From Octopus bimaculoides (lineage: Eukaryota): a DNA stretch of 64,000 nt. The notes beneath the pieces were generated by a model. That model ran no database searches. It was not told the DNA's origin and saw only the letters and a list, made by a program, of their open reading frames with translations. A program made the position numbers and the translations under genes. The stretch lies in the NCBI RefSeq assembly GCF_001194135.2, contig NC_068986.1, positions 71,780,745 to 71,844,744 of the forward strand, written 5' to 3'. Each line of letters begins with the position of its first letter. Position 1 is the stretch's first letter. Below, piece after piece: positions 14,986 to 27,899 of the stretch.

Positions 14986-16380
14986 ATCGATAGATAGATA
15001 GATAGATAGATACACACAAACATGTGTGTATGTGTGTATGAATGTGAATGTATGTATTCATGTATGTATGCATGTATGTATGTATGTATATTTCAACTCT
15101 GGAAGTGATCATAAACCCTCCTAAATTGCCATATGAAACGTCTTAAATCCTATCCTAACATGTAATCATTTGAATATCTCCTCTTATTCACATGCGTTCC
15201 AAGCAAAAGAAATGCCACACACTAATCTCTTGTTCGAAAACATTAAAAATGTGCCCACAACCTACAATATCATACAAGCAGAAGAGAAAACACTAATCTC
15301 CCAAGCTAAAGATAGAATGCTGCGTGAAAGGCCACACTCTGCGTCTACTTATATTTCTTTTAAGGATCATTGACAATTTCCATACAATACCAGACATAGA
15401 TTTTTTAAAATATAGCAAACCACGAATGGGATTTAGAATGCAAATGTGTAATCATTTCGTTTAACCTTAATCTAAAAGCGCTCAAGTATTAGTACAACGA
15501 AATTATAACATGTTTTCATATTATTGATACAATATTATATAACGAACGTCTAACTTTTTACATTTAAATATCTTATTCTGAATTCAGGAAAACTTTTCCT
15601 TCCAAATTATAACAATAAACATTAGGATACCACCACACTTATATATATCAAAAGTTCATACTGGAATGTAAATGAAAACGCTCCATTCTTCGATTTCTCC
15701 ATGTTAATTTAATTTAAAACCTTTAACAAACGAACTAGCAACAGTACCTCTCTATCTTGATGCTACGTTGGTGTTTTAGTTTCTTCAACCAGAAATGACT
15801 ATTGCATGGCTACATTTAGATCAAATTAAAAAGGCAGACTTAGGAACACAACTAGGTTATAATGATTAACACCGATCAAAGAAAATTTAAGGTTTCAAAT
15901 ACAGCCAACATACTCCTATGAAGAAATCCAAATCAGAGAAGTTTATACATCCATCACTTCCCCTGTTAACATTAAGAATTCTTTTCAATAGCACAAAGAG
16001 GACAAAATGAAACCGATCTTATGACATGGATCATACTAAGAAGTGGCTGTAATGAGAAAATCGAACAAAAGAACATCACACACACACTAACACAACTTGG
16101 TGCACACACACATACACATATTGTATAGTTGTACTTTACAATCGTTACTAAATGTTTTGCTTTTAGATTCTTTAGACCATTACAAACGTCACAGATATAC
16201 AGTTTAATATTCTTAGAAACGATTAAAAGCTGTCCGTTGATCATATTAGCTTGTAGAATTAGACATAATCGACGGATAATTGTTTTTAAAGATTACGGTT
16301 ATTTAGAGATCAACCTCAATGGGATTAAAATAAATTGTGTATATTTTATATTATCATATCTTTTCTTTTATCTTTTATCT

Positions 16381-16843
16381 TTAACTTGTTTCGGTCATTT
16401 GACTGCAACCATGGTAGGGCGTCGCCTTGAAACGTTTTCGCCGAACAAATCTATTCCCGGACTTATTCTTTAACCCTAGTACTTATACTATCGTATCTTT
16501 TGCTGAACCGCTAAGTTACATGAACGTAAACACACCAACACTGGTTGTCAAGTTGTGGTGCAGGACAAAAACAGACACAAAGAAACACACACACATGTAT
16601 ACATGTATGTATACATGTATGTGTGTATGTATGTTTGTATGCATGCATGCATGTATGTAGGTATGTATGTATGTATACGACGGGTTCCTTTCAGTTCCGT
16701 CTATCAAATCCACTCACAAGGTTTTCGTCGGTCCGAGACTATATTAGAAAACATTTACCCAACGTGCTACGTAGGGGGTCTGAACCCGGAACCATGTGGT
16801 TGGGAAGGGAAGCAAGCTTCTTACCATACAACCAAACCTGCGT
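16381..16843 (-). mobile_element. tRNA-derived SINE, family B, with internal (TATG) microsatellite
   Basis: Homologous over its length to 44718-45124 (cttgtttc-gtcattt, gctgaaccgctaagttac, ctttcagtt-ccgtctatcaaatccactcacaagg, gaacccggaaccatgtggttgg). Confidence 0.8.
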
Positions 16844-19499
16844 CTATTGAGTCTATTAACAATTATAGTGAGCATAAGTAATAAGATTTAGAACTAAACA
16901 TTCACAACCTCAGTGTCGATACTGCAAAGAGCAGATAAGTTATGCCATGCCATTTTTTCTCAGTATACTTGTTACTCTACACGTTTGGTTGAAGTAATGA
17001 ACCGGAATTGTGATAGCAATATGTGATTTATTCTAATTTACGCTAATGGAATATTTTTTATCCTCACACAGATTGATTTTTTGTCTTCAGATAATCAAAA
17101 CAGATATTTCTACGTTAGTTATATGCTTTTAAAAATGTAAGCTATATCTGAACTTATAAGTTTTTAAGAATTACAATATTATAATAGTACGTAGAACCTG
17201 ATGATAAACTTTGAAAAGCGATTGTAATGTTTAAGCTATTGTAAGTAAATTATTTCACTCTAATTCTTGCATTTAGCACTCCATTCTTCAGTATTCATAT
17301 ACACGTACACATATAATCACATATATGCATACATACTTACACACACACATATATATACATACACACACACATATACATAATTATGTATATGTATATTTGT
17401 ATATAATTGTATACATGCATGTATTTATATATGTGTGTATTCACACAAGAGATTATGTTGAACAAATGAGAAGAGTACTCAGTTTATTCAGTAGCGTGTG
17501 TCTAATTTATTGATATGGAATGGTTACCTTACGCCAAGAATTTCATGCCACCATGATTTTCAGGCTAGAACTGTTATTAGCTCGCTTTTGGTTGTATATT
17601 TCTATCCGACGGTGTGAATGTGTTCTCTCACTTGTTTTTGTTTACGATCTGGTATTTGATATCCAGTTTGGATTGCGGACAAAAGAATTGGAGAGGAATA
17701 CATTTTGATGTCGGTGGCGTAATATAGTTTTATTCATCTTTATTAATTGGAATCTTTTTTGTGAAGTTTTTTTTTTTTTTTCATCTGGGCAGCATGGGGA
17801 AACAGCTTCTGGAACCACTTGGGTGTATTGTACTATCTTTTATTCCGTATTTAATATTTGCGGCAATAGTGTTTTCATTTCACTCTAATTTCAGTAAGCC
17901 ATACCAAAATTCTCAGTTTATAAAGACTCCTTCATTCTTTATCATAACAAAATTCAAATGTGTTAGCAGGAGCCACTCAACCATGAAGTACCACTTACTG
18001 CTAAAATTAACCATTATATAAATATTCTAATAATTAGCTAAACCGATATATCTAACAAGGCCAACAGTCGTTTNNNNNNNNNNNNNNNNNNNNNNNNNNN
18101 NNNNNNNNNNNNNNNNNNNNNNNNNNNNNNNNNNNNNNNNNNNNNNNNNNNNNNNNNNNNNNNNNNNNNNNNNNNNNNNNNNNNNNNNNNNNNNNNNNNN
18201 NNNNNNNNNNNNNNNNNNNNNNNNNNNNNNNNNNNNNNNNNNNNNNNNNNNNNNNNNNNNNNNNNNNNNNNNNNNNNNNNNNNNNNNNNNNNNNNNNNNN
18301 NNNNNNNNNNNNNNNNNNNNNNNNNNNNNNNNNNNNNNNNNNNNNNNNNNNNNNNNNNNNNNNNNNNNNNNNNNNNNNNNNNNNNNNNNNNNNNNNNNNN
18401 NNNNNNNNNNNNNNNNNNNNNNNNATATATATATATATATACACATACATGCATACATATATATATGTGCAAACGTATATAAGCAAACTTGACCAAAGAA
18501 GCAGACAATAAGCCATAATTGAATTAATGGATAAATCTACTTAACACACATGCCAATCAGGATAAAACAATAAAACGAATTAATAACACGACCCCGTCAG
18601 CAAAATAAGAATGATAAGATGAAAAATAACGGCTAATCAGCAAACGCGAAAGCAAACCAATATTGCTCAGACAGAAGTAATATATCTCTTGCTTCTGACT
18701 GAGCAGCCGAATACGAATTTACCAACAAACCAAGTTAACACTTCTTCCCAGAATATCGTGTTGACGCGCAACTTGTAGTGCGAAAAAACAAAGCAGTTTC
18801 AGTAAACTATATGTACATGTAACGCATACAAACACACCAGCACACACATATCGTGTTATTCTTTTGCACATACATTCACATATATACATATGTATGTATG
18901 CATGTATGTATATCTTAAACCTATATCGGTATTGTATATTTCTCTTTTTCTTGTCTCTCCCTTAATCCCTTTTCTTCTTTCTCAAAGGGTAACACTTCAT
19001 ACGTTAAATTTCTATTTGTTTCTTCCTCCGGCTTATTTATCTTCATTATACAGTCCTTTCTACGCCTTTTTCTCTTTTATTTTTCTTTGACACTTGCTAA
19101 TGCTTTCGTATTGTTTGTTTATTATTTATTAGTAATGATCTGTTGTACATATACAGTAAGAGACAGAGAGACAGAGAGAGATCATTAATCAAAGATTTTT
19201 GTATCTGTTCTAGCGATTACAATAACACCTGTCAATAGTTCTTCGAGTTTATTGTGGACCAAAATATGTTATTAAGGTTTACTGATATTCTAAATTGAGC
19301 CTAAATATGATTATAAAGACTAAATGAATATATTCCATTTTATCATACTGTGCGTAAGGAATTTACAAATAATCAACCAGAAATAAACCTTGGTATGGCA
19401 AATCTATCTCGATGAAGTTTGTACATTTTTTATCTTTTTCTCTGCTTCAGTAATTATCCTGCAGGCATCCTGGGGCAATACTTTGAAGATTTTTTAGTC

Positions 19500-19805
19500 A
19501 AATTTATCGACCCCAGTATTTTTTAACGCTTGGAACATATTCTATCGTTTTTTTGTTGTTGTTTTTTTTTGCCGAACCGCGACGTTACAAGGACGTAAGC
19601 ACACCAACACCGGTTGTCAAGCGGTGGTGGGACGCACTCACACACACATATATATACATGTATAGGACGGACTTCTTTCAGTTACCGTCTACCAAATCCA
19701 CTCAAAAAGATATGGTCGGCCCACGGCTGTGGTAAAAGTCACTTTCTCATAGTGTCACAATGTGGTTGGGAAGCAAGCTTCTTACTACACAGCCACACGT
19801 GCACC
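19500..19805 (-). mobile_element. Family B SINE, partial
   Basis: gccgaaccgc-gtaagcacaccaacaccggttgtcaag-ctaccaaatccactc-atgtggttgggaagcaagcttcttac blocks are shared with the other copies. Confidence 0.75.
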
Positions 19806-20905
19806 CTGTACATATATACATTAATTTATTAATGAATTTGTAAAATTACTTCAGTAAAACAGTGAAACATTGTACTCTGGTAGTAATAAGTCTAATGTTT
19901 CCAGCAAAATTTTTGATCGGAGTGAAAAATAATTGTTCATTCATTTCAAAGGATATATAAATTAAAGATTGGGTTAGAAAAACAGAAAGGGCACAAAAGA
20001 AGCAGGAAGGACAGGTGATATATATGTGGGGAAGAGAGAAAAGAATATGTAAGAAATCTTACTAGATGTTTAAAACTTTGGAGAAATTGGAAGAGGAGGC
20101 TATTGGGTGCTCATAAGTTGGATAAAATTACAAATCTATACAAATATAATGTATACGCATTTTTCGTGTGCGTGCATGGTTAAGTGAGTACATAATAGAC
20201 AAAATCTTCTTCTAGGGGTGTCAAAATCTAAATGCAATAAGCAAGTTAAAATAATTCCAACAAAATCACTCTATCGAAATTTTCAGGACAATTTTAAACA
20301 GAGAACCGAGATGGCGAGATGTATCGGTCTCATTAGATCTAACGTCTCAGTGAATTACATTCTACACAACTGAAAAAAACTTGTGAGAACAGAGAGTTGT
20401 TAGATTATGACTGATATCCAAACAATAGCTCCTGGAAACTTCATAACGTTCGTTCCTAAATTTTTTAGTAAAAGTCCCGCATTATTCATAAATTACTGTT
20501 CCTGTAGCAATCTGGCACAACATAAGGAACTTATGAATGTAAACAGATTAGATTTATGTACTCCAATAATGTCGTTCATTTCACCCTAGTCCTTCGAACG
20601 CATGCTCATATGGAAATGGACGTTCGTAAGTTTTATTTATGCACATGGCATTATCATAAAATAGAACAGAATATTACACTAGTATGTATGTAGAGTAATA
20701 TTCATTCAGCTGCAGTAATTGGTGAGACGGATTTTGTAAAATTGCGTGCATCCATCAAGAAAGCGTTTGGAAATTGAAGAAGGTAAAATCGAGCAACTAT
20801 AAATTTTAATGGATAGTATTTCTCTTTAATTCAGCTTCTATGGCGGCAATGTTTAAGGTGCGTATTGTTATTACTACTACAATTACAACCAATAAAAAAA
20901 AAAAA

Positions 20906-20934
<29 letters not shown>

Positions 20935-20939
<5 letters not shown>

Positions 20940-21443
20940 CTGTGATGCAGCACCAGGCAGTGGATCTCATGGCTTCTTATCTTAACTGACTGGAAGTGTT
21001 ATCAAGTCAATACCACAGATTTGCTTGCCAGTTGTTTGACATTAACTAGGTGAGCATGTCCCTTAGTGCTTGACGATATGTGCATCTCTGATCACGAGCA
21101 GAAGTAGTGGGGGAGCATCATAGGAATGTATTGAGAGGAATTCTTTGGGGTTTGGATAATTCACCTTTGGAAATATGGATGTTTCGTTCAACATCCTCAA
21201 ACAACCCTTTTTCAGGGACCTTTTGAGTAGGATGGGCTACACGACCTGAAGAAAATTCTAACTGGGGCCCATTTGCAAGGTCATGCGATGTTAATCTTGT
21301 CATGAGATCACTATGTCGCGCACATATGGTTGTGATGCATGTGTCTGGTGTACCCTTATCAGACGAGCAGTCGTGATGGGTATACGGGGCTTCGTATATT
21401 TTTCTCCAGTGTCACTTTGATGGCATGCACTGCTCTCTCACTC
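20935..21443 (+). mobile_element. Unclassified interspersed repeat ending in (AAT)n
   Basis: GC-richer block bracketed by (AAT)n tracts that resembles an octopus repeat I recall; class not determined. Confidence 0.4.
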
Positions 21444-21735
<292 letters not shown>

Positions 21736-21759
21736 AATACTGAGATTTTGTTGACACAT

Positions 21760-23184
21760 GCATCACAAACGAAATAAATAACGAAACCCGGCAATCTCAA
21801 ATTCTAGGACTGAACAATAATGACCTAAAAATACCAAATCAGAACCGTGCAAACAAAACTAAATAAAAAGAAATACCAAGTAGATCTAAAGATAAGAAAT
21901 TTTGAACGTGGAGATCATGATCAATATAGTCTAAAATTAAGTGTAAATCATGAATTGAAAGCAATCAGATCTTCCTGTGGACCACTGAATGCACTCCACC
22001 TCAAAACCCGACAAAATAAGACAATGATAAGTTAACAAGGACAATAAAGAAACACGGATTTGCCGATCACAGACGACTTAATTACAGCAAATACAAACAT
22101 AAACATTAACAAGTAAAACACAATGACACATGCAGAAGCATTAATAATCATAAAGTAAAGTTAGTACTCCATGAAACCCACATTATTAGGATACCAAAAC
22201 CCAAGAAAATATCATAGAAAACAAATATTCAGAAAAAAGATAGAGAAAAAGAGAAAAGATCTGTCCATCCTCAGTGATATCAGTAACAAAACAAAACTAC
22301 GAAACAAGAGGAAAGAAAGAAAAATACTACAGATAATAATACTGCAAATAAGTTATACTTGAAATAAAAGAACACCTAAAACAGGAGATCCTCGCTAAAT
22401 CACAAAAACCTGTCGGTGTGTAAAGCGCCAAAGATTTTTTGAACAAAGCGTACAATGGACCTTCAGACCAAAAATGAGTCTACCAAGACCTTGGTAAAAG
22501 TATAATAGAAGTCCATGTAGCACGAACAGCAAAAGAAATAGAATTTGGGAAAAGAAGCACCTAGGAAAGGGCTGTATAAATCAACAAACCCAGCAGTTGA
22601 ACCACTCAGAATACCCATAACCAAAGAGAAAGTAACCCAAGTACTGCAAATATCAAACAAGTTTAATGTGATGTTGATGGAACTAACGGCAACACCTGAG
22701 TACTCACAGTAAAGAAAACTGTCTTAATCCCCAAATCTATGTAAACATGGAACCCACAAACCTACAGTCCCACAACATGTCTCCCTACAATTTACACAAC
22801 CTTAAGTGAAATAATAGAAATAATATTGCAGGGGATAAGCAAGCATCTGGAAGTAGAAACCTGTTTCCAGAAAAAGAAAGCTGAAGGGATGCTGCAGAGT
22901 CTCATGTTTGTAAAAACCAGTTACTGATCAACAAGGTCACAAGGGGAAAAATACTGAAGGAAAATGAATGATCTAAGCATGGCATGGATTGACTAACAGA
23001 AGGTGTTTGACAGTATTTGCCAATCCGTGGATCTTAGAAACAGATACTGGCCTTGAGTAAGATAGCACCAGCAATAAAATAATGCATAAAACATGCCGTG
23101 AGTCAATAGCAAACAGTTCTGCGGACAAAAGAAGGAATTATAAAAACTAAACCTTTCACTATTTGAAGAGTATTCCAAAAATAC

Positions 23185-23267
<83 letters not shown>

Positions 23268-23620
23268 TCTCTCTATCCCTCTCTCTCTTCTCCTTTTCTG
23301 TCTGGCATAGACTTCTTTGATTGACATACTAAACGTACTGTATTTGGATACAATTGCTATGGTAAACCAATCGACCATCTCTTTATATAGATGATCTCTA
23401 GTTGTATGCTGCAAATGATAAACAACTGGAAACATTACTACAGACGGTTCACGGATTTACCAAAGAAATCAATATGAGATTCAGCTTAGCAAAATGTGCC
23501 AAATCAACCTTAAGAAAACTAATTAAGAATAACAATATCATATTTGATAAAGAAACTGAAATAGGAGAATTAGACCAAACTCAGGTATACAAACACTTAG
23601 GAATCAATGTATTAGTCTAA
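21760..23620 (+). mobile_element. Degenerate R4/Dong-like retrotransposon, RT region, interrupted by (TC)n
   Basis: Broken frames give LSMAWID*QKVFDS (about 22975-23015) and HLFYIDDL*LYAANDKQLETLLQTVHGFTKEINMRFSLAKCAK...YKHLGI (about 23375-23610), matching the YMDD box of this clade. Boundaries are approximate. Confidence 0.8.
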
Positions 23621-23665
23621 GTGTGCTTTTCCGATACTTGTCTCCAATTAAGGATTTATTATTAC

Positions 23666-23734
<69 letters not shown>

Positions 23735-23743
23735 TATTATTAT
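23187..23743. repeat. (TC)n at about 23187-23290 and (TTA)n at about 23657-23743
   Basis: Direct reading. Confidence 0.9.
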
Positions 23744-23744
23744 T

Positions 23745-23960
23745 GGGGTGACGAACTGACAGAATCATTAGAACGTCGGACAAGATGCTTAGCGGTAGTT
23801 TGTTCGTCTTTACGTTCTGAGTTCTGAATTCTGCTGAGGTCGAGTTTGCTTTCCATCCTTTCGGAGGTCCATAAAATTAGTACCAGTGAGCACTGGTACT
23901 TATTTTCTCGACTTACCCCCTCCTCCAAAATCGCTGGCCCTTTTCCAAAATTTGAAACCA
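23745..23960 (+). mobile_element. tRNA-derived SINE, family A
   Basis: Near full-length copy from ggggtgacgaactgacagaatc to aaaatttgaaacca, inserted after (TTA)n. Confidence 0.8.
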
Positions 23961-23999
23961 CTATTACTATAGTTATTGTCGTTGTAGTTGTTGTTACTC

Positions 24000-26270
24000 T
24001 TATTTTTTTATCTTGTACTTTCGCATTTATGTGTGCCTTTGATATGTACAGTGTTTTGGATTTGTTAATTCTACTGTATTGAAAGTGCTTCATGTAATAT
24101 TATCGCAGTGGCTGACAGTGCTATTTTCTGTACTTAATGCATATTTGTAAGCTCTAGGCTTTTGTTGTATATTTACATATATTTTGATCATTCCCAAAGC
24201 ACATATCATTATTTGAATTACTTCCGTTTTCATTCGAGCTGTCTGTATATCCGAATCGTTATACTTAGATAATTAGTCCATCTCTTTTAGAAATACATTA
24301 TCAACTGTCAGGACTGATATATTCAGGTATTTCTTTTCTTCGAGGTCCACGACAACAATATCTAGTCGGTTTTCCTTGATATTGGCATATTTCAGTGTAT
24401 GGTTGTTCTGCACCTCTTGGAAACCTCCATCGTGTATGCTTATTGGTATTTCATGGTGGTAGAATAAATCGCAGTGTTTGTAAGCAGCAATTTCGTCATG
24501 TATTTGGATGTATTCTTTCTTGGCTAAGTATGTGCATCTAGAGACAATGTCCTTAATTGTTTCTTCCCATCTTCATATATTCTGAAGTTACAGTATTCTG
24601 CTTGAATATATACCTCATTCTCTCAAACGGATTCTGCGCTTTTCAATCTGTGTTTGAATTTTTTGTCAATTTCCACTGAGTTGACTTTTCCAGTAGAATT
24701 TTTTCTTCCCATCGATTTTCATGGTATTCTGTAGTGCAATATTTAGTTTGGACTTTAACTGTTTCACGGTTTTTTTGTTCTTTCCTTATAGCTATCTGTA
24801 ACTGCAGCCTCTGCTTTGTGCTTCTCGGATTCCGTGAATACACAAAAAACAAAAAAATATTTTTTAGTTTTATTCATGTTTAATAGCTGTTTGTAATAAT
24901 ATTTTTGTCGTCCTACAGTGCATATTTTGCAATTATTTTCTAACTGTCTTGTAGTCCTGATAAATATAGTCTTCCAAAGTCAGAATTTTGCGGTTGGAGG
25001 TTATTCTAAATGTAGTCTGCAGTCATTATCTTGTTTTAGTTAGCTTATAATTCAGATATTAAAATTGTGACTTATTGTCGGAGCAGCTTCAGTATTCATG
25101 CTTATTTCCTTATATTTTGCATTTAGCTGTTTTTATTAATAATCAGAGGCGTCTATAATTTTCCCTCTTAATCTTTTCTTTCATTTTAGTGTGTTGTGCA
25201 GTCTGTTCCATTGATTTTTTCCTGTCTGCGATTGGTCCAATTCTCATATCTCAGTGTCTTTATCTAGTATGATATTAATATTCTTAATTAATTTTTCTCT
25301 CTTCAATGTCGATTTAGCGCTTTTTTTCTAAACTGAATCACTTATTTATTTCTTTGGTAAATCCGTGCATTACATATAGAAATACTTTTAGTTTTTCGGT
25401 ATTTGCAATGCACAGTTTGCCGATATTCATATACAAGATATGGCCAATTTTCTTACCATATCATTAGTATTCACGTCCAGTTCTGTTTAATATGTTGGTC
25501 AAAGGCGTCAACGCCCGTAAGAATGGTAGCAGAAGAGAAAGTTCACTGGAATAATTTTCTTTTAATGAGGGTTTACTTTTTACAATTCTCTTTTTTTTAT
25601 CTGACAGCAAAATTGCTTGCCATTTGCTAATGAAAAGTTTAATGTTTTTCTTGTTATTGTTGCCTATCATTAGTGTTTCAAGGATCTATTTGCGGAGAAT
25701 ACTTTCGAAAATCTTCCTGTAGTCAATACATGCTATTCTCAGGTCATTCTGTTTCCTGCAGCAGACGTCGATTATCGCTTTTCTGTTTTCTTCTAAATTT
25801 TGTTCGATTTATGCGATATTATCCCAGTTACAGTTTTATAAGTTAAAGAAAGACATTTGTGCTTTCTGTTGAGTCGAGAAGATTGTTTTTTCTTCAGTGA
25901 ATCAGTCAAGTGTTGTTACTAGTTTTGTCGGCATCTCATTAAATTTCTCTGCTAACTCCTCATTCTAAATATTTTAGCGAGATTTTGGGTGTCATGTCAT
26001 GCCCGGATACTTTCCACTTCTTTTTCTTTTTATGCATCTGGGTCACTTGTTTTGTTTATAAGTACGCCCACATTCATTCCGAAGTTGTGTTCATTGTTTG
26101 ATGAGTTTTTTTCACAGTGAGTTTTTCACAGCCAAAACTGCCCAGTAAAATTTTTTACTTTTCTTACTGTTGGCGCTGCATTGTCTTCTATTTTATTTTT
26201 ACCAAGTTCTTGATAGAATCGTTTTGAGGTGGAGTCGAGCTGTTTGCTTTCTTCAAAGAAACATTGGCAT
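24000..26270 (-). mobile_element. Degenerate, internally deleted R4/Dong-like retrotransposon
   Basis: The minus strand shows ETIKDIVSRCTYLAKKEYIQIHD (CCHC knuckle region, about 24480-24570), NRLDIVVVDLEEKK (REL catalytic NRPDIVV motif, about 24340-24380) and an ALGMIK...LSIQ-like end. An N-terminal-like region lies at 25000-26270, and no RT box is seen in between. Confidence 0.75.
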
Positions 26271-26479
26271 TTAATTATTGCTGTTGTTGTTGTTAATTAG
26301 CAAAATCGCCGGAGCATTGGGAAAACTGCCTTGCGATATTTGCTCTGGCTCTTTACATAATGAATTGAAAATTCCAAGAGAAGGTTTGTTTTTTTTGTTT
26401 CACATCAAAATAGAGTTTTCGAAATTACCTTCATTACCGGCCGGTCAGCAACAGGGGAATGCTGAGGGGCAAATTTGAA

Positions 26480-27660
26480 AGTGAAATTGTCGTTCACAAT
26501 CAATACCTTCCAACAAAACACCACAGCATTAATAATGACTAACAACAGTGGCAACAACATCAGTAGCAACAGCAACAAAAACAAAGGTAACAATAGCACC
26601 TGTAGTGGAAGCACAGTGTTTGCTGGTGCTGCAGAACCTTTTGGTTTCAGTCCCACGGGAAAATTACAAGTACATAGAAGATGCAGAACAACATATCAAC
26701 AGATTCGGAAGACAAGTAGCATTCACGGCACCATATGACATTCAAAAGTGATTAGATAAAACAGCAGTGATATACGGATACATATAATTGAAAATACACA
26801 GACCGGAGCGAGTTTCCCCCCAAGCAAACTGTACTCAGCTTGAAAGGCACTTGAGGAAATGTAAGCTTTGTCATCTGTGCCTGTAAATATGGTTGCATAG
26901 TACTGGATTAGTTGAAAGTTAAGACGTTTAACTGGAACCCTAACTACTAGCGATCTCAGGAGAGCAGCAAGAGCAGGTGGTAATGGAGGGTAGAAGGCTT
27001 AGATGCCACAATTATGGAAACATCGATCACCTCAATGTCTTCTACCTGTAAAACAGTAGAAAGTAACAGCTCCAAGAAGGCCTCAACTGCTATAAACATG
27101 ACATCAACAACTACAACAACGGCAGCAACGCATCACCAAATGCAACATCGATAACAGTGAGCAGCCACAGCAACAGTAGTTACAACGCCAGATTCAAGAA
27201 AATAAGCAACGTCTACAACGATAACAACAACAGTGTCAACATTGGAAGAAACAAAAACCAAATAGGAAGCACCGTCTCTAAGCGCGACAATATCGCCAAC
27301 AACATGGAGGACAACAGCAACAGGAAGCTTAAAAACATCAACAAAAACGACAGCAAAGGAACAACTCCACAATCTTCCGTCCAACACGTGACTCTCCTCA
27401 CTTCAGACTACTCAGACATGTGTTGTGTGGAAGGTGGTGGTGAATACTCTAAACAGCTAAAGTGGCGAATAGAAAGAAAAAAGAAAAAAACAATCATGCT
27501 AACAAAAGACACCGGGAGATTCGAACGGATTGGGGAGATGATGCACCAACAACATTTACTAAGCAGTAACCCCATTGGTATCAACACCAACATCATTGTT
27601 ACAACCACAACGAGCACCACCGACACTAACAACGTTACAAACACATGCAGAAATTAGATC
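26480..27660 (+). mobile_element. ORF1/gag-like relic with decayed zinc knuckle and CAA-rich tail
   Basis: 26971-27051 reads EQVVMEGRRLRCHNYGNIDHLNVFYL*. This has exact CX2CX4HX4C spacing, with two Cys positions as Tyr (TAT, TAC; each one G>A from Cys). A low-complexity N/S/T-rich ORF (27157-27657) follows. Confidence 0.5.
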
Positions 27661-27899
27661 ACGCAATCAACAGCCAGAACTCCATCTCAAACACAAACAA
27701 AAAAGTCATTAATTACATAAGCCAAAGAACATTAATGAATTACATACATCAACATACAAACACAACACATGATATCTGCATCTTAGTAACAACTACTATA
27801 TCAGCACGCATAACAGTAATCAACAGGAAATAAAACACACACGATCTTTAAAACAAATCGAATATCCAGACGGAATAGATTTCTACTGGAATATTAACG

